Source: Bacteroidales bacterium | GTDB taxonomy: Bacteria; Bacteroidota; Bacteroidia; Bacteroidales; S143-33 | Direction: 5' to 3' | Assembly (NCBI GenBank): GCA_015489395.1 | Contig: WFZV01000046.1 | Coordinates: 1-35,130 of the forward strand | Length of the DNA: 35,130 nucleotides | Shown: positions 9,840 through 19,362 of the stretch, piece by piece | How the letters are laid out: every line of letters starts with the position of its first letter | Numbering within the stretch: the first letter of the stretch is position 1 | Notes under the pieces: generated by a model | The model's input: the letters and a program-made list of their open reading frames with translations, nothing else | Told to the model about the DNA's origin: nothing | Database searches by the model: none | Translations under genes and position numbers: made by a program

Positions 9840-9881
9840 AAGTTTTTTCGCAAACTTGAAAAATCTAAAAAGTACGAAAAA

Positions 9882-11054
9882 ATGGATTTCTTTCAACGGC
9901 CATTTACATTTGACCGGGTTGTCAGGATAATCATAACTTTGAGCATAATTATTGGTTTGATCTGGCTCATAGGCTATTTGAGCGATGTTTTGCTGCCGTT
10001 TTTCGTGGCAGTAATTTTAGCTTACATGATGAATCCGTTTGTAAACTGGCTGCAGCGGTTTGTTAAGTCCCGCATAGCAGCTGTATTGCTCAGTTTAGTG
10101 ATAATTATTAGCGTGTTTGTTGGTGCGCTTTTTATTGTCGTGCCAATGATGATAAACGAGGTGCATGTGCTTGGTAAGATGGTAAATGAGTTGGTGAGCA
10201 AACATGATATTTCGCAGCAGATTTCGAGGTATTTACCGCCCAAATTAGCTGATGATGTTAACCGGTTTCTGGAAAACAAGAATTGGAAGGAGCTTTTGAG
10301 TTCACAGGAAGTAAAAAAGTATCTGGCTTTAGTATGGAAAAAGATTTCGCCTGTTCTCGGTGATATTTTTACAGGCACGTTAAGTGCGATTTTCTGGATT
10401 GTGAGTTTGTTTATCATTTTGTTGTATTTAGTTTTTTTGCTTAAAGACTATAACAAAGTCTTAGATGAGTGGCGTGAGATGCTGCCACCTATGTATCGTA
10501 AGCCCATACTTGATTTTTTGCATAATTTTGAACGAGCGATGAATAGTTATTTTCGTGCGCAGGCAGCCATAGCTTCAATAGTAGGTATTTTGTTTGCGAT
10601 AGGATTTACAATAATAGGGTTGCCATTGGGGATAGTTTTAGGACTTTTTGTTGGTTTGTTAAATATGGTTCCTTATTTACAGAATATAGCGTTAATACCT
10701 GCATTCTTTTTAGCATTGATTAAATCATTGGAAACGGGGCAGAATTTCTGGGTAGTTTTGACAATGACTCTATCTGTTTTTGCAATAGTGCAATTAATTC
10801 AGGATTCGATTCTTACGCCTAAGATAATGGGTGATGCAACAGGGTTAAATCCTGTAATTATTTTACTTTCGTTATCAATTTGGGCAAAGATTTTAGGCTT
10901 TTTGGGTCTGCTTCTGGCTATACCGCTAACCAACTTGATTTTGTCGTATTATAATACATTTATCTCGAAGTCAGCGCGATTGGAGGCGCCTCGCAAAGTA
11001 CCTGGCAAGATAGACATACCTGAAGCTACAGCAAAGCGGATTTTACCTTTATAG
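9882..11054 (+). CDS. AI-2E family transporter
   Basis: Multiple TM helices; LLPFFVA.ILAY.MNP, GLLNMVPY and LTPKIMG...GLNP motifs. Confidence 0.92.
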   Translation: MDFFQRPFTFDRVVRIIITLSIIIGLIWLIGYLSDVLLPFFVAVILAYMMNPFVNWLQRFVKSRIAAVLLSLVIIISVFVGALFIVVPMMINEVHVLGKMVNELVSKHDISQQISRYLPPKLADDVNRFLENKNWKELLSSQEVKKYLALVWKKISPVLGDIFTGTLSAIFWIVSLFIILLYLVFLLKDYNKVLDEWREMLPPMYRKPILDFLHNFERAMNSYFRAQAAIASIVGILFAIGFTIIGLPLGIVLGLFVGLLNMVPYLQNIALIPAFFLALIKSLETGQNFWVVLTMTLSVFAIVQLIQDSILTPKIMGDATGLNPVIILLSLSIWAKILGFLGLLLAIPLTNLILSYYNTFISKSARLEAPRKVPGKIDIPEATAKRILPL

Positions 11055-11066
11055 AGTTTTGATGTT

Positions 11067-11972
11067 ATGGGTAAAAAGTTAGTAATAATCGCTGGGCCAA
11101 CGGCTGTAGGCAAGACAGAGCTGGCAATTTGGCTGGCAAAGAAGTTTTCGACGGTTGTTGTGTCGGCAGATTCCCGTCAGATTTACAAAGAAATGCAAAT
11201 AGGTACTGCCCGTCCTACAGAGGAAGAAATGCAGGGCGTTAAGCATTTTTTCATCGCAAATAAATCGGTTGAACAGTATTACAACGCTTATAAGTACGAA
11301 GTTGAGGCCTTGGAGCTGTTAAACCGGCTTTTTAAACAATACAATCCAATTATAATGGTCGGTGGTTCAGGGTTATACATCGATGCTATTGTTAAAGGGA
11401 TTGACGATATTCCCACAGTTTTACCGCAAATCCGCCAGCAATTAATGCAATGGTACCAGGAGGCAGGAAAAGAAAAATTGCAGCAATTGCTTTACCGACT
11501 CGACCCTGAGTATTATCGACGGGTAGATTTAAACAATCAAATGCGTTTGCTCAAAGCCCTTGAAATAACAATACAAGCTGCGCGTCCGTATAGCAGTTTT
11601 CTTAAAGGAAAAAATAAACAGCGAGATTTTGACATAATATTAATAGGTTTAAATCGTCCGCGTGAAGAGCTTTACCAAAGGATAAACAAGCGAGTGGACA
11701 AAATGATACAAAGCGGATTAATAGACGAGGTGAAGCGGCTTTATCCATTAAAACACTTAACAGCTTTGCGCACAGTAGGTTACCAGGAGTTGTTTCAATA
11801 TTTAGACGGGAAAATAACTCTTGATGAGGCTATTGACCTGATAAAACGAAATACTCGAAAATATGCCAGACGACAGCTTACATGGTTCCGTCGATACGAT
11901 AATATTAAATGGTTTGAGCCACAGCAGAAAGAGCAGATTTTTTCATACATAAAAGAAAAACTGAACGAATAG
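11067..11972 (+). CDS. miaA: tRNA (adenosine(37)-N6)-dimethylallyltransferase
   Basis: GPTAVGKT, SADSRQIY, IGTARP, VGGSGLY and TRKYARRQLTWF motifs. Confidence 0.98.
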   Translation: MGKKLVIIAGPTAVGKTELAIWLAKKFSTVVVSADSRQIYKEMQIGTARPTEEEMQGVKHFFIANKSVEQYYNAYKYEVEALELLNRLFKQYNPIIMVGGSGLYIDAIVKGIDDIPTVLPQIRQQLMQWYQEAGKEKLQQLLYRLDPEYYRRVDLNNQMRLLKALEITIQAARPYSSFLKGKNKQRDFDIILIGLNRPREELYQRINKRVDKMIQSGLIDEVKRLYPLKHLTALRTVGYQELFQYLDGKITLDEAIDLIKRNTRKYARRQLTWFRRYDNIKWFEPQQKEQIFSYIKEKLNE

Positions 11973-12046
11973 CCTTTGTAAATCGCTTAAAAAGTTGGGT
12001 ATTTGCTTAAATTTTTTATATTTGTCTAAACAAAAAATCAACTGTA

Positions 12047-12685
12047 ATGTCCAAAAAATTACTTTATACTCTGATCGGTTTAGGTCTGTTTATCATACTG
12101 ATTTCCAGTATTTATTGCGCAACGACATGGCAGCAACGAAAAATTAGCCAACTCAATAAGCAAATCGAGTTTTTGAAACAAGAGGTTGTTCCGATACGAT
12201 TTAAAGTGCTTGCCCGCAGGAATGATACCATTTACTTCAGCATGAAATTTTACGATTTAGACCATAACGTAGTATTTTTTTATGACGATAATGGGGAAAA
12301 ACATGAGTTTGTACGCATGAGGCTTCCGGGGAAAGAGCTTTCATTTGATTTTGTAGTGGTTCCAATAGCAGATAGATTTGTAGCTTTTCCTTATAAAGTA
12401 TTTTCTGATGCTATACCACCGAAAAATGGCATAGTGTTGTTTAAATTTTACGATAGAGATAATTTTCCGCAGATTTACTATTCAGAAAATTCATCACCTG
12501 CTTTTAATTCAGGCATGGCTGCGCTATTCCAGAAAATTAAAAAGGGCGATGTGGCAGATATTAAGGGGATTTTCGGAAGCATGGTTCAAGATGTGCAAAA
12601 CTTTTCGCAGTTTAAAGTTGGTCGTATTTATCGAATAGTTTTTCATCCTGCAAAAGGTGGCATTGAAATTATCGAAGAAGAATAA
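12047..12685 (+). CDS. Hypothetical membrane-anchored protein
   Basis: 212-aa ORF with an N-terminal TM helix, short coiled coil and beta-rich domain; upstream TATATTTG at 12017-12024. Confidence 0.75.
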   Translation: MSKKLLYTLIGLGLFIILISSIYCATTWQQRKISQLNKQIEFLKQEVVPIRFKVLARRNDTIYFSMKFYDLDHNVVFFYDDNGEKHEFVRMRLPGKELSFDFVVVPIADRFVAFPYKVFSDAIPPKNGIVLFKFYDRDNFPQIYYSENSSPAFNSGMAALFQKIKKGDVADIKGIFGSMVQDVQNFSQFKVGRIYRIVFHPAKGGIEIIEEE

Positions 12686-12691
12686 AAAATC

Positions 12692-13618
12692 ATGAGCGAG
12701 TCGGCGAAAAATATTTTAATCACAGGCGGAACAGGTCTTGTAGGCAGGGAACTTACCAATTTATTGTTGCTTAAAGGGTATAAAGTTAGCTATTTGTCAC
12801 GCTTTCCTGAAAAAATTAAAAAAGTCCCTGCTTATAAGTGGGATATTGACAAAGAATACATTGAGCCTGAGGCTCTGGAGCATACTGACATAATTGTGCA
12901 TTTAGCTGGAGAGAACATATCAGAAGGCAGATGGACCAAGCAAAGGAAGGAGCTTATTTACAAAAGCCGTGTACAAGGGGCGAAATTGCTTTTAGACAAG
13001 GTTTTGCTTTATAAAACACCTTTGAAGGCTTTTATAAGTTCGTCTGCAATAGGTTATTACGGAACATTTACTTCTGATGAAATTTTTACAGAGGATTATC
13101 CCAGTGGCGAGGACTTTTTAGCTCAAGTAGCAGATGATTGGGAGTCAGCAGCATGGGAGTTTTATAAAAACGGTTTTAGAGTGGGAATCGTAAGGACAGG
13201 GGTTGTTTTGGCACCTGACGGGGGATTGATTAAGAAAATTTATCCTTTAGCGCGTCTGGGATTTTTATCCATTTTAGGTTCAGGAAAACAGTATGTTCCA
13301 TGGATTCATATTAAGGATTTAGCGCGAATTTACCTTATGCTGATTGAAAGCAATAATTCAGACGTATTTAATGGTGTCGCCCCAGAGCATGTCACTTATG
13401 AGCAGCTGGTAAAAACTTTCATGCGATTGCTTGGTAAACGTGTCTGGTTGCCACGAGTTCCAGAGTTTGTGGTTAAGATGATGTTTGGAGAAATGGCAAG
13501 TATTATGCTTTATGGAAGCCGCGTATCTGCCCAGAAATTACTTAAAGCTGGATTCGAATTTTTATTCCCCGGACTTGAAGATGCTTTGAAAGATATTGTC
13601 CAAAAACTGAAGTCTTAG
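12692..13618 (+). CDS. TIGR01777-family (YfcH-like) NAD-dependent epimerase/oxidoreductase
   Basis: ITGGTGLVG Rossmann motif, HLAGENI...RWT, SSSAIGYYG, GSGKQYVPWIHI.D and L..GF.F.FP motifs. Confidence 0.93.
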   Translation: MSESAKNILITGGTGLVGRELTNLLLLKGYKVSYLSRFPEKIKKVPAYKWDIDKEYIEPEALEHTDIIVHLAGENISEGRWTKQRKELIYKSRVQGAKLLLDKVLLYKTPLKAFISSSAIGYYGTFTSDEIFTEDYPSGEDFLAQVADDWESAAWEFYKNGFRVGIVRTGVVLAPDGGLIKKIYPLARLGFLSILGSGKQYVPWIHIKDLARIYLMLIESNNSDVFNGVAPEHVTYEQLVKTFMRLLGKRVWLPRVPEFVVKMMFGEMASIMLYGSRVSAQKLLKAGFEFLFPGLEDALKDIVQKLKS

Positions 13619-13621
13619 CAG

Positions 13622-14239
13622 TTAATTATTGTTCTTGTTCGAGGCGTGGGACCGTTGTTTGCTCAGATAAATGTAATAAGTCAGGAAGAAATCGTCTTTG
13701 GTTAAAGGGGTTTTTTTCTGCTGCCAGCGGTCGTAGAGTTTTATGATTTGTTGCTTTTGATGCTTGTCTTTGATGTAAAACGATAAAATCTGGTGCGGAG
13801 TAATGGAATAAAACCAGATGCCAACCAAAAAGGCGACTGCACTATGTGGCAGGGTGTATTTGAAAAATATTTTGAGCTTTTGGTTTGCTTTAAATACGAA
13901 AAATAAGTGTAAAACGCTGATTATTAGTAATATTAAACCTGTTTTGAGCAAAATCATGTCGTAAGGTAAAAAGTAAATCTTAAAGATTACACCCAGATAA
14001 ATTATCGATATTCCCCAGCCGGCTAACGCGATGGAAAAGACTTTACAGAAATTTAATGTTTCGAATGTTTGTGTTTTAAAATTTTTAGTCTGTAAAACAA
14101 TAAAACCGAACAAAGCGTACAAAAGCGATAAGCTTATTGCAGAGATATTAAACAGGTTTTCTGCGATATCTGAAACGGGCGAAAAATATCCGGTAACAAA
14201 AGTTGTTATTCCCAGTAAGACGAAAATTAGTTGAATCAT
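13622..14239 (-). CDS. Hypothetical membrane protein (about 5 TM)
   Basis: 205-aa hydrophobic ORF 17 nt downstream of the symporter on the same strand. Confidence 0.7.
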   Translation of the reverse strand: MIQLIFVLLGITTFVTGYFSPVSDIAENLFNISAISLSLLYALFGFIVLQTKNFKTQTFETLNFCKVFSIALAGWGISIIYLGVIFKIYFLPYDMILLKTGLILLIISVLHLFFVFKANQKLKIFFKYTLPHSAVAFLVGIWFYSITPHQILSFYIKDKHQKQQIIKLYDRWQQKKTPLTKDDFFLTYYIYLSKQRSHASNKNNN

Positions 14240-14256
14240 GGCTCCATGGTTTTAAA

Positions 14257-15492
14257 TTACAAATCGATTTTAAACTTTTCACCTTCCATTCGGGCTATTG
14301 TAACTGCAGCTACAGAGTCGCTCAGGACATTTACCGAGGTTCGAAACATATCCAGAAATCTATCTACTGCCAAAATTAAACCAATTCCTTCTAAAGGCAA
14401 ACCTAATGTCGATAAAACTATTGTAATCATAATCAAACCTGCCATAGGGACGGCAGCAGCGCCAATCGATGCTAATAAAGCTGTGAATACAGCAATAAAT
14501 TGTTGGCCAAAACTTAAATGTATTCCATACGCTTGGGCAATGAACATGGCTGCAACTAACTCGTATAAAGCTGTCCCGTCCATGTTGATTGTTGCACCTA
14601 AGGGCAGGGTAAAGCTGGCGATTTTGTTCGATACGCCTACGTTGTTTTGAATTCTATCCATTGTTACAGGCAGAGTTGCGCCAGATGAAGCAGTCGAAAA
14701 AGCCATTAAAAGAGCATCACTCATTGCTTTAAAATGTCGTAATGGGTTCACTCTGGAGATAAATCGCAGCACAGTTGGCAAAGTGATAAAAGCATGAAAC
14801 GATAAAGCCAAAAACACTGTTAAAATGTACAATCCCAGGCTTTTAAACAAACCTATTAAATCATTTTGTTTGCTGATAATCACCGCAATAAGTGCGAAAA
14901 TTCCAAATGGCGCAAAAAGTATCACGAATTGGGTAATTTTCATAATCACTTCAAAAGCAGCATTAAAAAAATCAGTCAGAATCTGCCGGTGTTGCTCATT
15001 TTTTAATTGTGAAACAAAAAATCCAAAGAGCATTGCAAAAAAGATAACCTGCAGCATATTGCCTTTAACAAAAGCTTCGAAAATATTGGCAGGTACAATG
15101 TTTACAATTAAGTCCGAAAAACTTTGATGTGCTACAGGTAAGCCGGTGACTTTCTGCTTTAAACCTAAATTTGCACCTACACCTGGTTTTAATAAATTCA
15201 CAAAAAACAGACCTGTAAGTATAGCAACCAGACTCGATAAAATGTAATACGTAAATGTACGCAACGTCAGTCTCCCTAAATTTTCAGTAGTACCAATATT
15301 GGCGACCCCTGAAATTATCGAAGTCAAAATCAATGGGACGATTATCATTTTTAAGCCTCGCATGAACATGTCGCCCATCCACGAAATATACTTGACTTGA
15401 TGCGGCAAATATACTCCATATAAAATCCCGAGTACCAGCGCAACAAGTATCTGCGCCCACAGTGGAAATTTAAACTTTTTACCTTTGCTCAT
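14257..15492 (-). CDS. Dicarboxylate/amino acid:cation symporter (DAACS, GltP family)
   Basis: Start moved to ATG 15492 (MSKGKKFKFPLW); AFSTASSGATLP, LPLGATINMDGTALY and VDRFLDMFRTSVNV motifs. Confidence 0.95.
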   Translation of the reverse strand: MSKGKKFKFPLWAQILVALVLGILYGVYLPHQVKYISWMGDMFMRGLKMIIVPLILTSIISGVANIGTTENLGRLTLRTFTYYILSSLVAILTGLFFVNLLKPGVGANLGLKQKVTGLPVAHQSFSDLIVNIVPANIFEAFVKGNMLQVIFFAMLFGFFVSQLKNEQHRQILTDFFNAAFEVIMKITQFVILFAPFGIFALIAVIISKQNDLIGLFKSLGLYILTVFLALSFHAFITLPTVLRFISRVNPLRHFKAMSDALLMAFSTASSGATLPVTMDRIQNNVGVSNKIASFTLPLGATINMDGTALYELVAAMFIAQAYGIHLSFGQQFIAVFTALLASIGAAAVPMAGLIMITIVLSTLGLPLEGIGLILAVDRFLDMFRTSVNVLSDSVAAVTIARMEGEKFKIDL

Positions 15493-15588
15493 AACAGATT
15501 TGCCTTTTAAAAAATTAAACCTGATATTTGACAATCGCAAAATTTGTCGTAATTTTCGAAACAAATTCAATCTAAAAGTAATAAAAAT

Positions 15589-16362
15589 ATGCGAAAATTC
15601 ATAGTTGCCGGAAACTGGAAGATGAACACAACAGTGCCAGAAGGCGAATTGCTTGCAAATGAGATACAAACAAAAATTTGGCACTATGACCGTGATAAAT
15701 TCCAGCTTATTGTAGCTCCTCCTTACACTCATCTGGCTACAGTAGGACAGATTTTGGACAGTGACCGCGTCAAACTTGGCGCACAGAATCTGTTTTGGGA
15801 AGAAAAAGGCGCTTATACTGGCGAAGTTTCTGCTGCAATGCTAAAATCCATTGATGTTGAATACGTTATAATCGGTCATTCCGAACGAAGAAAGTATTTT
15901 AACGAGTCAGACGAAATTTTGCTTAAAAAAGTACAAATCGCACTGAATTATAATTTAACGCCAATCTTTTGTATTGGCGAACAACTTGAGCAACGAGAAG
16001 CCAACGAGCATTTCGACGTAATAAAAAGCCAGTTGGAAAACGTAATTCTCCGTCTTTCTGCTGAGCAGCTGTCGAAAGTTATAATTGCTTATGAGCCAGT
16101 CTGGGCAATTGGTACAGGTAAAGTGGCTACTCCTGAACAGGCCCAGGAGATTCACCATTTTATACGTCAGTTAATCAGTGAGAAATTTTCCAGCAATTTG
16201 GCTAATGACCTGACGATTTTGTACGGTGGAAGTTGTAAGCCTAACAATGTGGCAGGACTTTTCGAAAAGCCAGACATTGACGGTGGGCTGATAGGTGGCG
16301 CATCGTTAAAAGCTGACGATTTTCTCGAGATTTTTAAGATTTTGATTGACAAAAAGTCGTAA
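15589..16362 (+). CDS. tpiA: Triosephosphate isomerase
   Basis: AGNWKMN, IGHSERR, AYEPVWAIGTG, LYGGS and GGLIGGASL motifs. Confidence 0.99.
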   Translation: MRKFIVAGNWKMNTTVPEGELLANEIQTKIWHYDRDKFQLIVAPPYTHLATVGQILDSDRVKLGAQNLFWEEKGAYTGEVSAAMLKSIDVEYVIIGHSERRKYFNESDEILLKKVQIALNYNLTPIFCIGEQLEQREANEHFDVIKSQLENVILRLSAEQLSKVIIAYEPVWAIGTGKVATPEQAQEIHHFIRQLISEKFSSNLANDLTILYGGSCKPNNVAGLFEKPDIDGGLIGGASLKADDFLEIFKILIDKKS

Positions 16363-16425
16363 TTGCCACAAACTCAGGTAAGTAATTGTTAAGGCTTAAC
16401 TGGCGGAAGAAAAAACTTATCGCAG

Positions 16426-16475
16426 AAAAAAGAAAAACTCTGCACACTTTGCCGAAGGCAAAGCTATGCAGAGTT
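16426..16475 (-). terminator. Terminator hairpin between convergent tpiA and thx
   Basis: AACTCTGCA (16436-16444)/TGCAGAGTT (16467-16475) outer stem enclosing CTTTGCC-GAA-GGCAAAG; the A-run on its left gives a U-tract for the - strand. Confidence 0.7.
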
Positions 16476-16490
16476 AAGTTTATAAACCGG

Positions 16491-16613
16491 TTATTGGTTA
16501 GTTTGCGAAGAATTTGATTTTGCCTGATTCTTCTTTTTTTTGCGAGGCCGTGTTTTGCCGTAGCTGCCTTTGAAGATTTTGCCTCTGCGAGTTCTTCTGT
16601 CTCCTTTTCCCAT
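16491..16613 (-). CDS. thx: 30S ribosomal protein Thx (bTHX), 40 aa; absent from the ORF track
   Basis: Hand translation [40 protein letters not shown]; the N-terminal part matches the Thx signature MGKGDxRTxRGKIxxGxYGKxRPRK; has its own promoter and terminator. Confidence 0.95.
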   Translation of the reverse strand: MGKGDRRTRRGKIFKGSYGKTRPRKKKKNQAKSNSSQTNQ

Positions 16614-16639
16614 ATCAGTAAGTATTAATTTTTGACGCC

Positions 16640-16671
16640 CAAAGGTATAAAATTCTTGCGAAAAGAGCAAA
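16640..16671 (-). promoter_or_regulatory. Bacteroidota primary-sigma promoter for thx
   Basis: -7 TACCTTTG (16647-16640) and -33 TTTG (16671-16668) with a 20-nt spacer. Confidence 0.8.
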
Positions 16672-16678
16672 GTTAAAA

Positions 16679-17644
16679 TTACTGATTTTCGGCAAAGTAT
16701 TTTTTAAATCGTCCGTAAGCCTGGTGAAGTTTTTGCAAGCTGTTTAAGTCAATAGCGATGTTCTCAGAGACGTAAATTTGATTGTAAAGTGTTTTGATAG
16801 AGTCTAATTGTGATGATAGATTTTGCAGTTCAATGCTCAGGTCAATGGATTCGACGTCCAGAAGCGTGTTGTTTATGTATTGTTTAAATTTGTCGATAGT
16901 AGAACCCTGTTGGCTGATAATTTTGTACACGTCCATTGAAATGTTTTGATTTTTAATGGCATTGCCAGTAATCAGGTATAAAGTTTCGCTCCAACTACCG
17001 GCAAGAGCGAAAGGTAAAATACTAATTTGGTGGGATTCAGATAATTGTTGGCAGGTTTTGATAATAGCGTTTTGGATAATGATTTTTGCAGAATCAGTCT
17101 TAAAGTTTTGTTTAAATTTGGTCAAATAAGCTTTTGTGAAGTTCTGTTTTATGCTTAAATCTGTGGCAAGTTTTAGTACAATATCGTAATAATCGACGAA
17201 TTTAGTTTGATTGTTGTAAATCAATGTATAAGTTAAATCTGCAGTGTAAACGCCGAAGAAGAACGATTTTTGAGTTATTTTTATAAATCTGTCAGCGTAA
17301 GAAGTTGGGAAAAGCATTTCGAAATCAGGTGCGCCTAAGGTTTGGGTATCTAAAAGGGTGTAGGGCAGTGGAATCGAATACTTTTCAACGATATCGCATT
17401 TATTTGTTTTGGTTAAATTAAGTTGATTTGCTGGTTTTGTTTGTGTTTTTGTGATTAAACTGTTTTGTTTAGTCTCACTTTGGGTTAAATTTATTGAATC
17501 ATTAGCGATTTGTTGATTTTTATATTCAAATTTGGCTTTGAGTTCTGCAGGTTTGAGTGTTTTTGTACCGTTTTGTCCTTTTTGACAATCGAATAAAAAG
17601 AGTGTTATAGCCAGTATTAAAATAAGAACTAAATTTTTGTTCAT
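16679..17644 (-). CDS. Hypothetical helical (lipo)protein, paralogue of 32410-33261
   Basis: Signal peptide ending LFDC, Q/T/K-rich linker, GVYTADLTY and [14 protein letters not shown] motifs. Confidence 0.8.
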   Translation of the reverse strand: MNKNLVLILILAITLFLFDCQKGQNGTKTLKPAELKAKFEYKNQQIANDSINLTQSETKQNSLITKTQTKPANQLNLTKTNKCDIVEKYSIPLPYTLLDTQTLGAPDFEMLFPTSYADRFIKITQKSFFFGVYTADLTYTLIYNNQTKFVDYYDIVLKLATDLSIKQNFTKAYLTKFKQNFKTDSAKIIIQNAIIKTCQQLSESHQISILPFALAGSWSETLYLITGNAIKNQNISMDVYKIISQQGSTIDKFKQYINNTLLDVESIDLSIELQNLSSQLDSIKTLYNQIYVSENIAIDLNSLQKLHQAYGRFKKYFAENQ

Positions 17645-17823
17645 AGTTCTGCAAATTTAGTCGATTTTTACACTAACTTTTTATGCAAATAATAATCCAA
17701 AACTTTTTTAAAAGCGAAATTTTAAGAAAACGTTTTAGAAAAAAATTGACTGTACATTGGAAGCCAAGTTTTATTTTTGTTATTTTTACTGAGTTAAAAT
17801 TCAAAATTAAATAAACCAAAGCG

Positions 17824-19149
17824 ATGGACATTAGCAATTATACATTAGAAGATTTTTTGGTTAAAGAGCTTGGTCCGCGGCGGGTACGTTCACCGATTAA
17901 ACTTTCAAAAAAACGTGGAGATGGAATTTATAATTACATTGAGGACGGTGAACGTATTTTGTATGACGCATCGTTAGCCAGTATTGAATACTATGAGAAG
18001 ACCGGGCAAATGCCAATTTCATTTGAAAAAGCCGGCCCAAAAGAGTTTATTTACTTTGAGCCGAGTAAAACTAAGGTCGGTATTGTTACGTGTGGCGGTT
18101 TATGTCCTGGTTTGAACAATGTTATTCGTGGACTGGTTATGCAGTTGTGGTATCGTTATGGTGTACGGCGGATTTTGGGCTTTAGATATGGTTATGAGGG
18201 ACTTGTGCCAAAATATAACCATCCTTATATGGAACTTAATCCGCAGGTCGTTGAACGTATTCATAACCAGGGCGGTACAATTTTAGGTAGTAGCCGTGGC
18301 AAACAGGATGTTACGGAAATAGTCGATACTTTAGAAATTCACAATATAAACATATTGTTCACAATCGGCGGAGATGGGACGTTGCGTGGCGCTCATGCTA
18401 TTCATGAGGAAATCGAAAGAAGAAAGTTAAAAATAGCTGTTGTTGGTATTCCAAAGACCATTGATAACGACATCAATTTTATAGATCGTTCTTTTGGTTT
18501 TGAAACAGCATTTGCTATAGCTGACCAGATAGTAAGAAACGCTCACAATGAAGCTCGAGGTGCTTATAATGGCATCGCGATAGTCAAACTAATGGGACGA
18601 GATTCTGGCTTTATCGCAGCAAATGCAGCTTTAGCTACGCAAGAAGCTAATTTTGTACTAATTCCAGAGATGTATTTCACTATTGAAGGGCTTTGTAAAG
18701 CATTGAAAGAAAGACTTGAACGCCGTCATCATGCTTTGATTATTGTGGGCGAAGGAGCAGGACAATACTTTTTTAAAGGTGAAAATGTCGAAAAAGACCC
18801 ATCCGGAAATATTAAATACAAGGACATTGGTGCATTTCTTCAAAACAAAATACACGAGTGTTTGACGCAATATGGAGTTCGTCATACCATAAAGTATATT
18901 GACCCAAGCTATATTATTCGCAGCGCACCAGCTATACCGAACGATAGTAAGTTCTGTAATTTGTTGGCTCAGAATGCAGTACATGCGGCAATGGCAGGAA
19001 AAACCGATGTTGTTGTCGGACATTGGAATCAGAGTTTTACTCTTTTGCCAATACCAGCAGCTGTGCGTGAACGCAAACATATTAATTTAGAAAGTGAATT
19101 ATGGTGGAATGTTCTTGAAACTACAGGACAACCCCCGCAAATGATATAA
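17824..19149 (+). CDS. pfkA: ATP-dependent 6-phosphofructokinase, long (plant/trypanosomatid/spirochaete-like) type
   Basis: FEKAGP, VTCGGLCPGLN, GGTILGSSRG, TIGGDGT (Gly = ATP-type), PKTIDND, KLMGRDSGFIA and KYIDPSY.IRS motifs. Confidence 0.92.
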   Translation: MDISNYTLEDFLVKELGPRRVRSPIKLSKKRGDGIYNYIEDGERILYDASLASIEYYEKTGQMPISFEKAGPKEFIYFEPSKTKVGIVTCGGLCPGLNNVIRGLVMQLWYRYGVRRILGFRYGYEGLVPKYNHPYMELNPQVVERIHNQGGTILGSSRGKQDVTEIVDTLEIHNINILFTIGGDGTLRGAHAIHEEIERRKLKIAVVGIPKTIDNDINFIDRSFGFETAFAIADQIVRNAHNEARGAYNGIAIVKLMGRDSGFIAANAALATQEANFVLIPEMYFTIEGLCKALKERLERRHHALIIVGEGAGQYFFKGENVEKDPSGNIKYKDIGAFLQNKIHECLTQYGVRHTIKYIDPSYIIRSAPAIPNDSKFCNLLAQNAVHAAMAGKTDVVVGHWNQSFTLLPIPAAVRERKHINLESELWWNVLETTGQPPQMI

Positions 19150-19170
19150 TCAGTTGTCATTTTTTGATTG

Positions 19171-19208
19171 AAACGAAGGCGCACCTGTACAGGTGCGCCT
19201 TCGTTTTT
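19171..19208 (+). terminator. Terminator after pfk; perfect 36-bp palindrome
   Basis: AAACGAAGGCGCACCTGT|ACAGGTGCGCCTTCGTTT (19171-19206), ending in a T-run. Confidence 0.85.
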
Positions 19209-19362
19209 GTGTATACTGAATGTGATTTGTTGTGCTTTAAAATAAATTTTGTGGAAATTAAGTAGATGTTTAAAAAAATTTAAACAGTAAATTTTTATAA
19301 AACTTATGGGAATAAATTTTCGTAAATATTTAACAAAAACCAAACCCCTAAAACATTTTACT

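Noticed and set aside
15493-15732. 80-aa N-terminal extension of the symporter in the ORF track
   Set aside because: It overlaps tpiA on the opposite strand; the family-like sequence begins at ATG 15492. Similar over-extensions were trimmed for the ORFs starting at 6776, 5830, 19306 and 30252.
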